Shown here one piece after another: positions 20,264-30,558 of a stretch of 60,632 nt of DNA (its first letter is position 1; every line of letters begins with the position of its first letter). Below the pieces are notes generated by a model. The model was given only the letters and a program-made list of their open reading frames with translations. It was not told the origin of the DNA and did not search any database. A program made the translations under genes and the position numbers. The stretch lies in sequence record SRR22947727_834; one strand, 5' to 3'.

Positions 20264-21609
20264 GGATTACGCCCAGCCAGACGGTGAAACCGCAGCCAAA
20301 GTAAGACCGCGGCCAGTCCGAGCCCAACGACCAGACCCATCCATATGCCGGCCTCTTGGAAGCCGAACCAAAAGCCCAAAACATAGCTGATCGGCAGGCC
20401 GATCAACCAATAGGATATCGCGGCGATCCACATGGGCACTTTGGTGTCTTGCAACCCGCGCAGCAGGCTCAGGGCCACAACCTGTGCGGCATCGACAAAT
20501 TGAAAAAATGCCGCGAGCATCAACAAGAGCGTGCCGATGCGTAGGATGTCAGCGGTCAAAGGATCCTGCGGGTCCAAAAACGCACGGATCAGAAGCTGCG
20601 GGCTCGTCAGGAAAAAGAATATGGCCACAATGGCCGCAACGCTCGACAAGCCCATTGTCACCCAGGCTGTGCGCCGGACCGCGGGCCAGTCCTGCCGAGC
20701 AAAGGCTTTGCCGGCGCGCACCGTGCCGGCTTGTGACAATCCCATATGCACCATGAAACTCAACGCCGCCAGCTGCAATACAATACCATGGGCCGCCAGC
20801 TCCAAATGTCCGAGCCAACCCATCATAAAGGCGGACGCGGCAAACAATCCACTTTCGGCAAGGGCCGTGGCTGAGATCGGCACCGCAAGCCGGGTGACGG
20901 CCAGGGCGGCGCTGCCATCAAATCGCCAGAAGCGGGCGAACATCTGTTGTTCGGGAAAATTGCGCTGGATGTAGATCACAAATCCGAGCAGAGCCAACGT
21001 TTGCGCCATGACCGACGCAATCGCTGCGCCCTGCAGCCCCAACTCCGGCAGCCCCCAATTGCCAAATATCAAGGCATAGTTGATCAGCGCATTGGCCACC
21101 AAAACAAAGAGGGACACCCAAAGCACGATCCCGGCATGTTCCAGCGCCGAAAGATAGCTGCGCAGCACCAACCCCCACAATGCGGGCCATAGGCCAAAAC
21201 CCGCGATGCGGAGATAGTCCTGCGCGCCCTGTGCCACTGTGGGATCCTGACCCATCGCCTCAAGCAGAGGGCGGGCATGCCACATGGGCAAAAACAATAG
21301 AGCCGCGGCCAAAGTCGACACCCAAAGCCCCATGCGCGTGGCCCGCCTGGCCGATTGCGAATCCTCCTCCGCCATAGATTTGGCCACCATCGGCAAAATT
21401 GCGAAAGCAAAACCGGAGGTTGCGATGAAGGCGATGAACAAGACTTGGGCGCCCAAAGTCACCTGCGCCAGCGCCAGAACGGAATACCAGCCCAGCATCA
21501 ACGTATCGGTTGTATGCACAGCAAATTGCGCCACTTGGCTGCCAACCAAAGGCAGTCCCAAGATCAACAAAGATCGCGCTTCCAATGTGATCGCAGAGGT
21601 TTTTTTCAT
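20260..21609 (-). CDS. MATE family efflux transporter (NorM-like)
   Basis: About 12 hydrophobic segments, DTLMLG, NYALIFG.WGLPELG..GAA.AS, LRGLQDT.VPM. Confidence 0.92.
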   Translation of the reverse strand: MKKTSAITLEARSLLILGLPLVGSQVAQFAVHTTDTLMLGWYSVLALAQVTLGAQVLFIAFIATSGFAFAILPMVAKSMAEEDSQSARRATRMGLWVSTLAAALLFLPMWHARPLLEAMGQDPTVAQGAQDYLRIAGFGLWPALWGLVLRSYLSALEHAGIVLWVSLFVLVANALINYALIFGNWGLPELGLQGAAIASVMAQTLALLGFVIYIQRNFPEQQMFARFWRFDGSAALAVTRLAVPISATALAESGLFAASAFMMGWLGHLELAAHGIVLQLAALSFMVHMGLSQAGTVRAGKAFARQDWPAVRRTAWVTMGLSSVAAIVAIFFFLTSPQLLIRAFLDPQDPLTADILRIGTLLLMLAAFFQFVDAAQVVALSLLRGLQDTKVPMWIAAISYWLIGLPISYVLGFWFGFQEAGIWMGLVVGLGLAAVLLWLRFHRLAGRNP

Positions 21610-21746
21610 ATCTTTCTCTTAAGCAGAAGCCAGCGGTCTTACCAGTGGTGAAATCGGCAAGGAATATGGACCGCGCCGCGCGCCAGGTCTTTTCTTGCCC
21701 GGCAACTTCTGCCATGAATACCGCCAATCAAAGAAAGAGCAGCCCA

Positions 21747-23705
21747 ATGGCAAGTGACCTATTATCTTCGGCCGCAAATACGGATTATGACGCCTCCTCC
21801 ATTGAGGTGTTGGAAGGTCTCGAGCCGGTGCGCAAACGACCCGGCATGTATATCGGCGGCACCGATGAGCGGGCCTTGCACCATCTGGTGGCTGAGGTTT
21901 TGGACAACTCAATGGATGAGGCGGTGGCAGGCCATGCCAATCGCATCGAAGTTGAGCTGCACGCAGATTATTCCGTAACCATCCGCGACAATGGCCGCGG
22001 TATTCCTGTTGATCCCCATCCGAAATTTCCCGACAAATCCGCCCTTGAGGTTATCCTGTGCACCTTGCACGCCGGTGGCAAATTTTCTGGCAAAGCCTAT
22101 CAAACCTCGGGAGGCCTGCATGGGGTTGGTGCCTCGGTGGTCAATGCGCTCTCCGATTCCATGGTTGTCGAAGTCGCCCGCAATCGGGAACTCTACGAGC
22201 AGCGCTTCGCCCGCGGCATCCCGCTGGGTCCCATTGCCAAGATCGGCGCCGCCCCCAATCGCCGCGGCACCTCGGTCACCTTTCATGCCGATGAACAGAT
22301 CTTCGGCAAACATCGATTCAAACCTGCGCGCCTCTTTGCCTCTATTCGATCCAAGGCCTATCTGTTTTCCGGCGTCGAAATTCGGTGGAAAACCGAGATT
22401 GATGATGGCGAAACACCGCGTGAAGCGACGTTCCATTTTCCCGGTGGCCTGTCAGACTATCTCGTGGAGACCCTGGGCAAAGCCAGCACCTATGCCCAGG
22501 CCCCTTTCGCCGGCACCGTGGATTTTCAAGAGCGCTTCAATGTGCCCGGCAAGGTGGAATGGGCGGTCAATTGGACACCATCGCGTGATGGCTTCATCCA
22601 ATCCTATTGTAACACCGTACCGACACCGGAAGGTGGCACCCATGAAAGCGGGTTCTGGGCCGCAATCTTAAAAGGCATCAAAGCCTATGGCGAGTTGGTC
22701 AATAACCGCAAAGCCAGCAACATCACCCGTGATGACCTCACAACAGGCGGTTGCGCGCTGGTCTCTTGTTTCATCAGCGAGCCGGAATTCGTCGGCCAAA
22801 CCAAAGACCGTTTGGCCACTGTCGAAGCTCAACGATTGGTCGAAAACTCCGTCCGTGACCGGTTCGACAATTGGCTTGCGGCCGATACGAAGTCCGCCGG
22901 CGCAATCCTCGATTTCTTGGTCCTGCGCGCTGAGGAGCGCCTGCGCCGCCGGCAGGAAAAAGAAACGCAGCGCAAATCTGCCACTAAGAAACTGCGCCTG
23001 CCGGGAAAACTCACCGATTGCACCTCTAAAACCCGCGAGGGCACGGAATTATTTATCGTTGAAGGCGACAGCGCTGGCGGCTCAGGCAAAGGCGCGCGCA
23101 ATCGCGTCAACCAAGCGCTTTTGCCCCTCAAGGGGAAAATCCTCAACGTCTTGGGCGCCGCATCAAATAAACTCGGCTCGAATGCTGAGATCAGCGACCT
23201 CTGCGAAGCGCTGGGCGTCGGGATTGGCACAAAATTCAATATTGATGATCTGCGCTATGAAAAAGTCATCATCATGACCGATGCCGATGTCGATGGAGCC
23301 CATATCGCCAGCCTTCTCATGACGTTCTTTTTCTCGCAAATGCGGCCTTTGATTGATGCCGGTCATCTTTATCTGGCCTGCCCCCCGCTGTTTCGCCTAA
23401 CGCAGGGGGCCAAGCGGGTGTATTGCCTGGATGAGGCAGAGAAAGATCTCTGGCTTGCCAAGGGATTGGGCGGTAAGGGCAAAATTGACGTCAGCCGTTT
23501 CAAAGGTCTGGGCGAAATGGATGCCAAGGATCTCAAAGAGACCACAATGGACCCGTCGACACGCAAATTGATTCGCGTCACCGTTGATGAGGACACGCCG
23601 GGCGAGACCGGAGATCTCATTGAACGTTTGATGGGCAAAAAGCCGGAAAAACGGTTTGAGTATATCCAAGCCAACGCCAAATTCGTTGAAGAGCTCGATC
23701 TATAG
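21747..23705 (+). CDS. parE: DNA topoisomerase IV subunit B
   Basis: GLEPVRKRPGMYIG, GGLHGVG, EGDSAGG, PLKGKILN, MTDADVDG, RFKGLGEM; lacks the proteobacterial GyrB insertion. Confidence 0.95.
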   Translation: MASDLLSSAANTDYDASSIEVLEGLEPVRKRPGMYIGGTDERALHHLVAEVLDNSMDEAVAGHANRIEVELHADYSVTIRDNGRGIPVDPHPKFPDKSALEVILCTLHAGGKFSGKAYQTSGGLHGVGASVVNALSDSMVVEVARNRELYEQRFARGIPLGPIAKIGAAPNRRGTSVTFHADEQIFGKHRFKPARLFASIRSKAYLFSGVEIRWKTEIDDGETPREATFHFPGGLSDYLVETLGKASTYAQAPFAGTVDFQERFNVPGKVEWAVNWTPSRDGFIQSYCNTVPTPEGGTHESGFWAAILKGIKAYGELVNNRKASNITRDDLTTGGCALVSCFISEPEFVGQTKDRLATVEAQRLVENSVRDRFDNWLAADTKSAGAILDFLVLRAEERLRRRQEKETQRKSATKKLRLPGKLTDCTSKTREGTELFIVEGDSAGGSGKGARNRVNQALLPLKGKILNVLGAASNKLGSNAEISDLCEALGVGIGTKFNIDDLRYEKVIIMTDADVDGAHIASLLMTFFFSQMRPLIDAGHLYLACPPLFRLTQGAKRVYCLDEAEKDLWLAKGLGGKGKIDVSRFKGLGEMDAKDLKETTMDPSTRKLIRVTVDEDTPGETGDLIERLMGKKPEKRFEYIQANAKFVEELDL

Positions 23706-23729
23706 ACCCCAGAAAGAGGACCGCAATCT

Positions 23730-24164
23730 ATGCCAATCTATGCGATTACAATGCTTGCGGCGGGGATTGGGATACCGGTCTTGGCCGCGATGAATGCAGC
23801 CCTCGGTCGATCTCTTGGCGCGCCCATGCTCGCCGGGGTAGTGTTGATCGCTGTGGGCTTGCTCACCGCCAGTCTGGTGGCCATGACCCAAGGGCCCAGC
23901 GCTCTGGTCAAACTCGCAACTGCACCAAAACATTTGTTCTTTGCCGGAGTCTTGCTCGCGTTTTATGTGCTGTCCATAACCGCGATTGCGCCCAAGTTTG
24001 GCGTTGGAAATGCCATTTTCTTTGTGCTCATCGGCCAATTGATTTCCGCGGCCGTGATCGATCATTTCGGATTATTTGGCGCTCAGCAAATCCCTCTGAC
24101 CTGGACCCGTCTCAGCGGATTGCTTCTCATGGCCGCGGGGGTCTTGTTGACGCAAAAAGCCTAA
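23730..24164 (+). CDS. DMT family (YdcZ-like) small membrane protein
   Basis: Five hydrophobic segments, GQL....IDHFGLFG motif. Confidence 0.85.
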   Translation: MPIYAITMLAAGIGIPVLAAMNAALGRSLGAPMLAGVVLIAVGLLTASLVAMTQGPSALVKLATAPKHLFFAGVLLAFYVLSITAIAPKFGVGNAIFFVLIGQLISAAVIDHFGLFGAQQIPLTWTRLSGLLLMAAGVLLTQKA

Positions 24165-24173
24165 GCGACCAGT

Positions 24174-25163
24174 CTACTGCGGACCCTTTGCCAGCTCCGC
24201 AACCAGATCCCAGAGCGCATCAGGCACATCAACTTCCGCCATAGGGCTGCGGGCACTGCCGGGAAGCCGTGCGCCCTCCTGCAAAGCCACTGCATCTGCA
24301 AGCCGCGCCAAACGATCGCCAAACCCATCATGATGGGTACTCGGGTCCAAAATAAGGTAAAACTGCCCCAATCCATGCGGCGGGCCGTCCGGCAATTTCA
24401 AGCCACCGACATCCAGGGAATTGACAGAACCTGTCATCCCCGCGGCGAGAAGCTCGGCCAATATGCCAAACCCCCAGCCTTTGTAGCCGCCGGCTGAAAC
24501 CAAAGCACCGCCCAGCGCTGCCTCTGGATTCGTCGTCGGGACACCCTGCGCATCCACAGCCCAGCCTAAAGGAATCTCCTCCCCGGCGGCCTTTGCCATG
24601 GTGATCTTGCCCAGCGCCACGGCAGAGGTGGAAAAGTCAAAATGCACCGCGAGGCCACCGGCACCATCTGGAACCGACATGGCAATGGGATTGGTGCCAA
24701 TCACCTTTTGGTTGCCCCCCGGAGGCGCCACAACTGGGCTGGCGTTGGTAAAACCAATCGCCATCAAACCCTCAGCGGCCAATTGCGCGGTGAAATATCC
24801 CAAAGATGTGCAGGTGTGCGCATGAGCCACCGCGAGCGAGGCCGTGCCATTCTCCCGCGCGGCGGCCACCGCCATGGGCAAAGCGGCCTCAAAAGCCGGC
24901 TGCGCAAAGCCATAGCCCGCGTCCGATAGGATCGAGCCCGGCCGGGAGGCCGTCACCTTTGGATCCACCGAACCGCTCACCCGGCCTGTGGCCAATTGGC
25001 GGCAATAGCTCTCGAGGTAATAGAGCCCGCAAATCACATTGCCATGTGCCTCCGCATCGGCAACGGCCCGCGCCACAGAGGTGGCTATCCAGTCTTTTGC
25101 GCCAAAAGCTTCAAGCGCCAATTTACTGGCAGTTTCAATTTCCAAGATAGAGCAGCGCGGCAT
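24174..25163 (-). CDS. Ldh_2 (malate/L-lactate/sulfolactate dehydrogenase-like) oxidoreductase
   Basis: GTNPIA, DFSTS, IPLGWAVD..G.PTT.P, GGYKG.G, RLPG. Confidence 0.88.
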   Translation of the reverse strand: MPRCSILEIETASKLALEAFGAKDWIATSVARAVADAEAHGNVICGLYYLESYCRQLATGRVSGSVDPKVTASRPGSILSDAGYGFAQPAFEAALPMAVAAARENGTASLAVAHAHTCTSLGYFTAQLAAEGLMAIGFTNASPVVAPPGGNQKVIGTNPIAMSVPDGAGGLAVHFDFSTSAVALGKITMAKAAGEEIPLGWAVDAQGVPTTNPEAALGGALVSAGGYKGWGFGILAELLAAGMTGSVNSLDVGGLKLPDGPPHGLGQFYLILDPSTHHDGFGDRLARLADAVALQEGARLPGSARSPMAEVDVPDALWDLVAELAKGPQ

Positions 25164-25243
25164 AGCATTTCCAATTCAAACAGGTCTAAAGGTCATCATT
25201 TTGGAGAAAAAATCAGGCTTTTCCAGGTTAAGCAACACAATAT

Positions 25244-25921
25244 TCAGACAATCTGTCCCTTGCTCAACCGCACTTGCCGGTCCATCCGGGCAGCCAACTC
25301 CATATTATGCGTGGCAATCAACGCCGCCATGCCCGTGCTGCGCACGAGGCCTATCAAGACATCAAACACGTGATCAGAGGTTTCAGGGTCGAGGTTCCCA
25401 GTCGGCTCATCGGCCAACAGAAGTTTTGGTTCATTGGCCAGTGCACGGCAAAAGGCGACCCTTTGTTGCTCCCCGCCGGACAATTCACTCGGTCTGTGAT
25501 CGGCACGCTCTGCCAAACCCGTTTGATCCAAAAGCTCCAGCGCCCGTTTGCGGGCAGAACCGACCGCCTTGCCCGCCGCCTGCTGCGGCAGCATGATATT
25601 TTCAGCCGCCGTGAATTCTGGGAGCAGATGATGAAATTGATAGACAAAACCAATTTCCATCCGTCGCAAATCCGTGCGCAGCCGATCATCGGCGCGTGAC
25701 ATGTCGCGCCCCGCAATCTGCAACTGACCACTGTCGGCGGTGTCCAGCAGGCCGGCAATATGCAGCAATGTGGACTTTCCCGAACCAGATGGCGCCACCA
25801 GCGAGGTCACTTGCCCAGCCATCAGCGTCAAATCACAGCTCTGCAGCACCCTCACCTCATTGGCCTGGCCCGGATTGTAGGATTTACAGATCCCCGTCAA
25901 CGACAACACCTGCTCATTCAT
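25244..25921 (-). CDS. lolD: Lipoprotein-releasing ABC transporter ATP-binding protein
   Basis: [43 protein letters not shown]. Confidence 0.93.
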   Translation of the reverse strand: MNEQVLSLTGICKSYNPGQANEVRVLQSCDLTLMAGQVTSLVAPSGSGKSTLLHIAGLLDTADSGQLQIAGRDMSRADDRLRTDLRRMEIGFVYQFHHLLPEFTAAENIMLPQQAAGKAVGSARKRALELLDQTGLAERADHRPSELSGGEQQRVAFCRALANEPKLLLADEPTGNLDPETSDHVFDVLIGLVRSTGMAALIATHNMELAARMDRQVRLSKGQIV

Positions 25922-27197
25922 TGCGCAATGCCTCCACCGGATTCATCCTGGCCGCCCGTCTTGCGGGGAAAATGGTGATAAAAAAGGACAAAAACAGTGA
26001 AATCCCCACGGCTTTGAGCACATCCACACCGCGCAGCTCTGAGGGCAGATGGTAGATGCCCCGGATCGAGGGATCCCAGACTTGCCCACCAGATAGGTAA
26101 TTCACCAGACTAAAAATCGCATCAATGTTGACCACAAAGACCACGCCAAGAATCACGCCCAGAAGCGTACCGACCAAGCCAATCCCCGCGCCGCACAAGA
26201 AGAACACCCGCAACACCGTGCCTTCGCTGAGGCCAATGGTTCGCAGAATGCCGATATCGCGGCCCTTGTTTTTCACCAGCATGATGAGGCCCGAGATGAT
26301 ATTCATAGTGGACAGTAAGATCAGCACAATCATGATGACCAACATCACATTGTCTTCAACCGCCAAGGCCCGCAGAAATCCGCCCGCGTAATCGCGCCAT
26401 GTTTCCACCACAGCCGACTCGCCCGCCGCTTCACGCAGCTTGCGCGCCATGACCTCCGCTTGCTCTGGCGCATCAACAAAAACCTCAATCTGATCGGCAA
26501 AGCCTTCTTTGTTGAAAAAACTCTGCGCTTCCTCGAAGGGTAGATAAAGGCGTGTTTGATCAATGTTATAATGCCCCGCGGTGAAGATGTACGAGACCGT
26601 ATAAGACTTGACCCGCGGGCTTGTGCCAAAGGCCGTCCGCACGCCATTAGGTGAGATCAGTTTGATCCGATCCCCAATCGCCAAGCGCAGTGCCTTGGCC
26701 ACGCCAGAACCAATCGCCACCCCTTGGGAAAAATCATCAATATCTCCTTGGCTCCGCTCGGAGCCCGCCACGTTGGGGATGGTTTTTAGGTCCTCAAGCG
26801 TGATGCCAAAAACAATCACCCCGTGATTTTGATCGTTTGCCGTGCCCATGACCTGCCCGCGTATCAGCGGAGCTGCACGCGTGACCCCCGGCACCGCCTG
26901 CACTTGGGCTGTTAAGGCCTCGAACTCTTCGATCCGATAGTCAAAACGACCACTGGGGCCATCGAAACGCTGTTCATAGACCGTCACATGGGCATTGGCG
27001 CCCAAAATTGCATCAACAAATTCCGTGCGAAAGCCGCTGCGCACAGCCAGCACAATAATCAAAGCAGCCACAGCAAGGGCGATGCCAATCAAGCTGATCC
27101 AGGTCATCGCGCTGACGCCACCCTCGGCGCGTTTGGCCCTAAGATAGCGCCAAGCAATCAGAAATTCAAAAGCGGCAAAGGGCGCAGCGCGGGTCAT
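25914..27197 (-). CDS. Lipoprotein-releasing ABC transporter permease LolC/E
   Basis: IAWRYLRAKR, large periplasmic domain, DIGILRT.G, PARRAA..NP.EALR; alternative start 27236. Confidence 0.92.
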   Translation of the reverse strand: MTRAAPFAAFEFLIAWRYLRAKRAEGGVSAMTWISLIGIALAVAALIIVLAVRSGFRTEFVDAILGANAHVTVYEQRFDGPSGRFDYRIEEFEALTAQVQAVPGVTRAAPLIRGQVMGTANDQNHGVIVFGITLEDLKTIPNVAGSERSQGDIDDFSQGVAIGSGVAKALRLAIGDRIKLISPNGVRTAFGTSPRVKSYTVSYIFTAGHYNIDQTRLYLPFEEAQSFFNKEGFADQIEVFVDAPEQAEVMARKLREAAGESAVVETWRDYAGGFLRALAVEDNVMLVIMIVLILLSTMNIISGLIMLVKNKGRDIGILRTIGLSEGTVLRVFFLCGAGIGLVGTLLGVILGVVFVVNIDAIFSLVNYLSGGQVWDPSIRGIYHLPSELRGVDVLKAVGISLFLSFFITIFPARRAARMNPVEALRNE

Positions 27198-27288
27198 AGG
27201 CGCCTCGCGGTGGCTGGCCTCTGGGCCTTCATCCATTCCTCTTGCCTCATGGGCTATGCCGCTTTCTGCGCCTCATGCGCGCTTGAAT

Positions 27289-28620
27289 TCAATTATATTG
27301 CGCAATGACTTTGGCGATCGCGGCTTGAGGCGTCAATTCTTCACTCTCGCCAGTTTTACGGCAGGTCAGTTCAACCACACCGTTTTTCAAGCCCCTTGGT
27401 CCAACCGTTAAGCGCCAAGGCAAGCCGATAAGATCCATCGTGGCAAATTTGCCGCCGGCGCGCTCGTTGCGGTCGTCATACAGCGGCTCAAGTCCCGCTT
27501 TGGTCAATTGGTGGTAAAGATCCTCACAGGCGGCATCCGCCTCTGCATCACCTTGCTTGAGATTCACAATTCCGCAATGAAATGGGGTGACACCTTCTGG
27601 CCAAATGATGCCTTTGTCGTCATGGCTGGCCTCAATAATAGCCCCAACAAGCCGGCTCACGCCGATGCCATGGCTGCCCATATGCACAGGCACCTGTTTA
27701 CCATCACCGTCCTGGACCGTGGCCCCCATAGCTTCGGAATATTTTGTGCCAAAGTAAAAAATCTGCCCCACTTCAATCCCGCGCGCCACTTTTCGGCGCT
27801 CTTGCGGCACCTCGGCGAAAAGCGCCTCATCATGGGTTTCATCGGTGCGGGCGTATTTGGTCGTAAACTCTTCCATGATCGACTGACATTGCGCTTTGTC
27901 ATCATAATTGATGTCACGATCACCAAAGGTCAGATCTGTCACTGCGCTGTCGTAGAACACTTCGCTCTCGCCTGTCTCGGCCAGAACCAAAAATTCATGG
28001 GTATCATCGCCACCGATCGGGCCGCTGTCCGCCCGCATGGGGATGGCTTGTAGGCCCATGCGCTCATATGTGCGCAGATAGCTGACCAAATGGCGGTTAT
28101 AGGCGTGCATCGCATCTTCTTTGGTCAGGTCGAAATTATACCCGTCTTTCATATAGAATTCGCGGCCCCGCATCACACCAAACCGTGGGCGCCGCTCATC
28201 GCGGAACTTCCACTGGATTTGATACATGGTCAGGGGCATATCCTTATAGGACGTGACGTGACCACGGAAAATATCTGTGATCAGCTCTTCTGCGGTGGGG
28301 GTGAAAAGCATATCGCGGCCGTGACGATCTTTGATGCGCAGCATCTCCTCGCCGTAATCGTCATAGCGCCCTGATTCTCGCCAAAGATCTGCCGATTGAA
28401 TGGTTGGCATCAACATCGCCAAATGCCCGGCTTTCGCCTGCTCTTCATGCACGATGTTTTCAATATTTTTGAGCACCTTTAATCCAAGCGGCAACCAAGA
28501 ATATATGCCCGCGGCAGATTGCTTGATCATCCCAGCACGCAGCATCAAGCGATGCGAGACAATCTGCGCCTCGGCGGGGTTTTCTTTCAGGACGGGCAAA
28601 AAGTAGCGACTTAGGCGCAT
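27289..28620 (-). CDS. proS: Proline--tRNA ligase (short alphaproteobacterial type)
   Basis: [50 protein letters not shown]. Confidence 0.97.
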   Translation of the reverse strand: MRLSRYFLPVLKENPAEAQIVSHRLMLRAGMIKQSAAGIYSWLPLGLKVLKNIENIVHEEQAKAGHLAMLMPTIQSADLWRESGRYDDYGEEMLRIKDRHGRDMLFTPTAEELITDIFRGHVTSYKDMPLTMYQIQWKFRDERRPRFGVMRGREFYMKDGYNFDLTKEDAMHAYNRHLVSYLRTYERMGLQAIPMRADSGPIGGDDTHEFLVLAETGESEVFYDSAVTDLTFGDRDINYDDKAQCQSIMEEFTTKYARTDETHDEALFAEVPQERRKVARGIEVGQIFYFGTKYSEAMGATVQDGDGKQVPVHMGSHGIGVSRLVGAIIEASHDDKGIIWPEGVTPFHCGIVNLKQGDAEADAACEDLYHQLTKAGLEPLYDDRNERAGGKFATMDLIGLPWRLTVGPRGLKNGVVELTCRKTGESEELTPQAAIAKVIAQYN

Positions 28621-28776
28621 CGAACACTCCAATTGATTTCAGGGGTCAGTTTAATGCCCCCCCGCGAGCGTCACAAGCGAAAGCGGTCGAAACTGCTTCA
28701 TAGCCGCGATATTTCCCTTCCCCCTCTTGCAAGCTGGGCTACAATACGCAAGTTGAACGGCAAAGGGAGATTGATC

Positions 28777-29850
28777 ATGGCCTTACCAGTGTCTTTACAG
28801 CTGCGCTATTGGGGAGTTGCCGCCGTCGCTTTGGGCCTGGTACTTTGGTTTTTGGGCGACACATTGCTGCCCTTCATTTTGGGCGGGGCCATTGCTTACC
28901 TGCTCGACCCGATTGCCGACCGGATGGAGCGCTGGGGGCTGTCGCGCCTGCTTGCCACAAGTGTGATCACCTTGGCGGCGGTTTTCGTATTTGTCGTAGC
29001 CATGCTGCTGATCGTGCCATTGCTCGTGCAGCAAGCGATTTCTTTGTTCAATACGGCGCCTCAGATTGCCGCCGATCTCTGGACATTTCTGACAACCCGC
29101 TTCCCGGATCTTCTCGATAACAACAGCACGATTAGGCAGTCCCTGACAGGGCTGGGCGAGACCATACAGGCGCGCGGTGGCGCTTTGGTTAATGGTCTGG
29201 CCTCCTCGCTCAATTCAATCGTCAATATTGTGGTCTTGATCGTGGTCGTGCCCGTTGTCGCGTTTTATCTATTGCTCGATTGGGACAATTTGGTGGCAAA
29301 AATTGACGAGTTGATCCCGCGCGACCACCTTGAGAACGTGCGCAGATTGGGCCGCGAGATTGACGCTACCCTCGCCTCCTTCATCCGCGGACAAGGCACG
29401 GTGTGCTTTATCCAAGGGCTTTACTACGGCATTGCCTTAATGCTGGCCGGGTTGAACTATGGCATCGTTGTCGGCTTTGTAGCCGGCTTGATCTCTTTCA
29501 TCCCCTATGTCGGCGCCTTGGTGGGCGGTGGTCTGGCGCTGGGTTTGGCGCTGTTCCAGTTTTGGGGAGATTGGATGTCCATTGGTGTGATTGCCATTAT
29601 TTTCATGCTCGGGCAGGTTTTAGAAGGCAATGTGCTGACGCCAAAACTCGTGGGAAACTCCGTCGGATTGCATCCGGTCTGGCTGATCTTTGCCCTTTCC
29701 GTTTTCGGCAGCATATTTGGCTTTGTCGGCATGTTGGTCGCCGTGCCGGTCGCGGCTATGATCGGCGTTGTCGCACGGTTTTTGATGCAACAATATAAAG
29801 CGGGGCTATTGTACCGCGGGTTAAGCCATTCGGAGCCCAAAGATGAGTGA
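28777..29850 (+). CDS. AI-2E (PerM) family transporter
   Basis: AYLLDP, FIPYVG, LEGN.L.PKLVG..VGLHP, GF.GML.AVP; GGGAG RBS before ATG 28777. Confidence 0.9.
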   Translation: MALPVSLQLRYWGVAAVALGLVLWFLGDTLLPFILGGAIAYLLDPIADRMERWGLSRLLATSVITLAAVFVFVVAMLLIVPLLVQQAISLFNTAPQIAADLWTFLTTRFPDLLDNNSTIRQSLTGLGETIQARGGALVNGLASSLNSIVNIVVLIVVVPVVAFYLLLDWDNLVAKIDELIPRDHLENVRRLGREIDATLASFIRGQGTVCFIQGLYYGIALMLAGLNYGIVVGFVAGLISFIPYVGALVGGGLALGLALFQFWGDWMSIGVIAIIFMLGQVLEGNVLTPKLVGNSVGLHPVWLIFALSVFGSIFGFVGMLVAVPVAAMIGVVARFLMQQYKAGLLYRGLSHSEPKDE

Positions 29851-30496
29851 GCAACTCAGCTTCAGACTGCCAATCAAAGTGGCACGAGAGCGCGATGCGT
29901 TTTTCGTATCAGAAGCCAATCAACAGGCAGTTGCGCAGCTGGAAAACGCCGCCAGTTGGCCGCAAGGCAAGTTGATCCTCTTGGGCCCCAAAGCCTGTGG
30001 CAAAACGCATCTTTTGGAAATTTGGGCCACCGAACAGAACGCCCAGAAAATTGATCCCCTGCGAGAATTTGCGCCGCCAGAGGCCGGGGCGCGGGTTGTG
30101 GTAGACAACCTTGAGCAGGTGGCAGGCATTTTGCCTGCTGAAACCCGTTTGTTTCATCTGCACAACCAGCTGCAATCAAGCGGCGGGCTGCTGCTTATGG
30201 CCTCCAACATCGCCATGCGACAAGCCGGGTTCCAGTTGCCCGACCTGCTTAGTCGGCTCGAAGGCACAAGTTGCGCCAAAATTGACCGCCCCGATGACGC
30301 CTTGCTGCACGCGGTCTTGCTCAAATCCTTCATGGATCGTCAGCTCTCCCCAACCCCAGCCGTCTTGGCATATATCTTAAAAAACATGGATCGCAGTTTT
30401 GATGCGGCCAGTGATATTGTCGCTGAATTGGACCGTGAGAGCATGTCCACCAAGCGCCCGATCACCCGCGCTATGGCCGCGACGGTTATGGCCTAG
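29843..30496 (+). CDS. hdaA: HdaA / DnaA-like AAA+ protein
   Basis: QLSF sliding-clamp motif, GP..CGKTHL, LFHL.N, LPDL.SRL. Confidence 0.85.
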   Translation: MSEQLSFRLPIKVARERDAFFVSEANQQAVAQLENAASWPQGKLILLGPKACGKTHLLEIWATEQNAQKIDPLREFAPPEAGARVVVDNLEQVAGILPAETRLFHLHNQLQSSGGLLLMASNIAMRQAGFQLPDLLSRLEGTSCAKIDRPDDALLHAVLLKSFMDRQLSPTPAVLAYILKNMDRSFDAASDIVAELDRESMSTKRPITRAMAATVMA

Positions 30497-30558
30497 GGCG
30501 CCCCCTTACAATTTGCATTCAAGAGGTATAAATTACCGCCTTGGATATAGGATAAACC

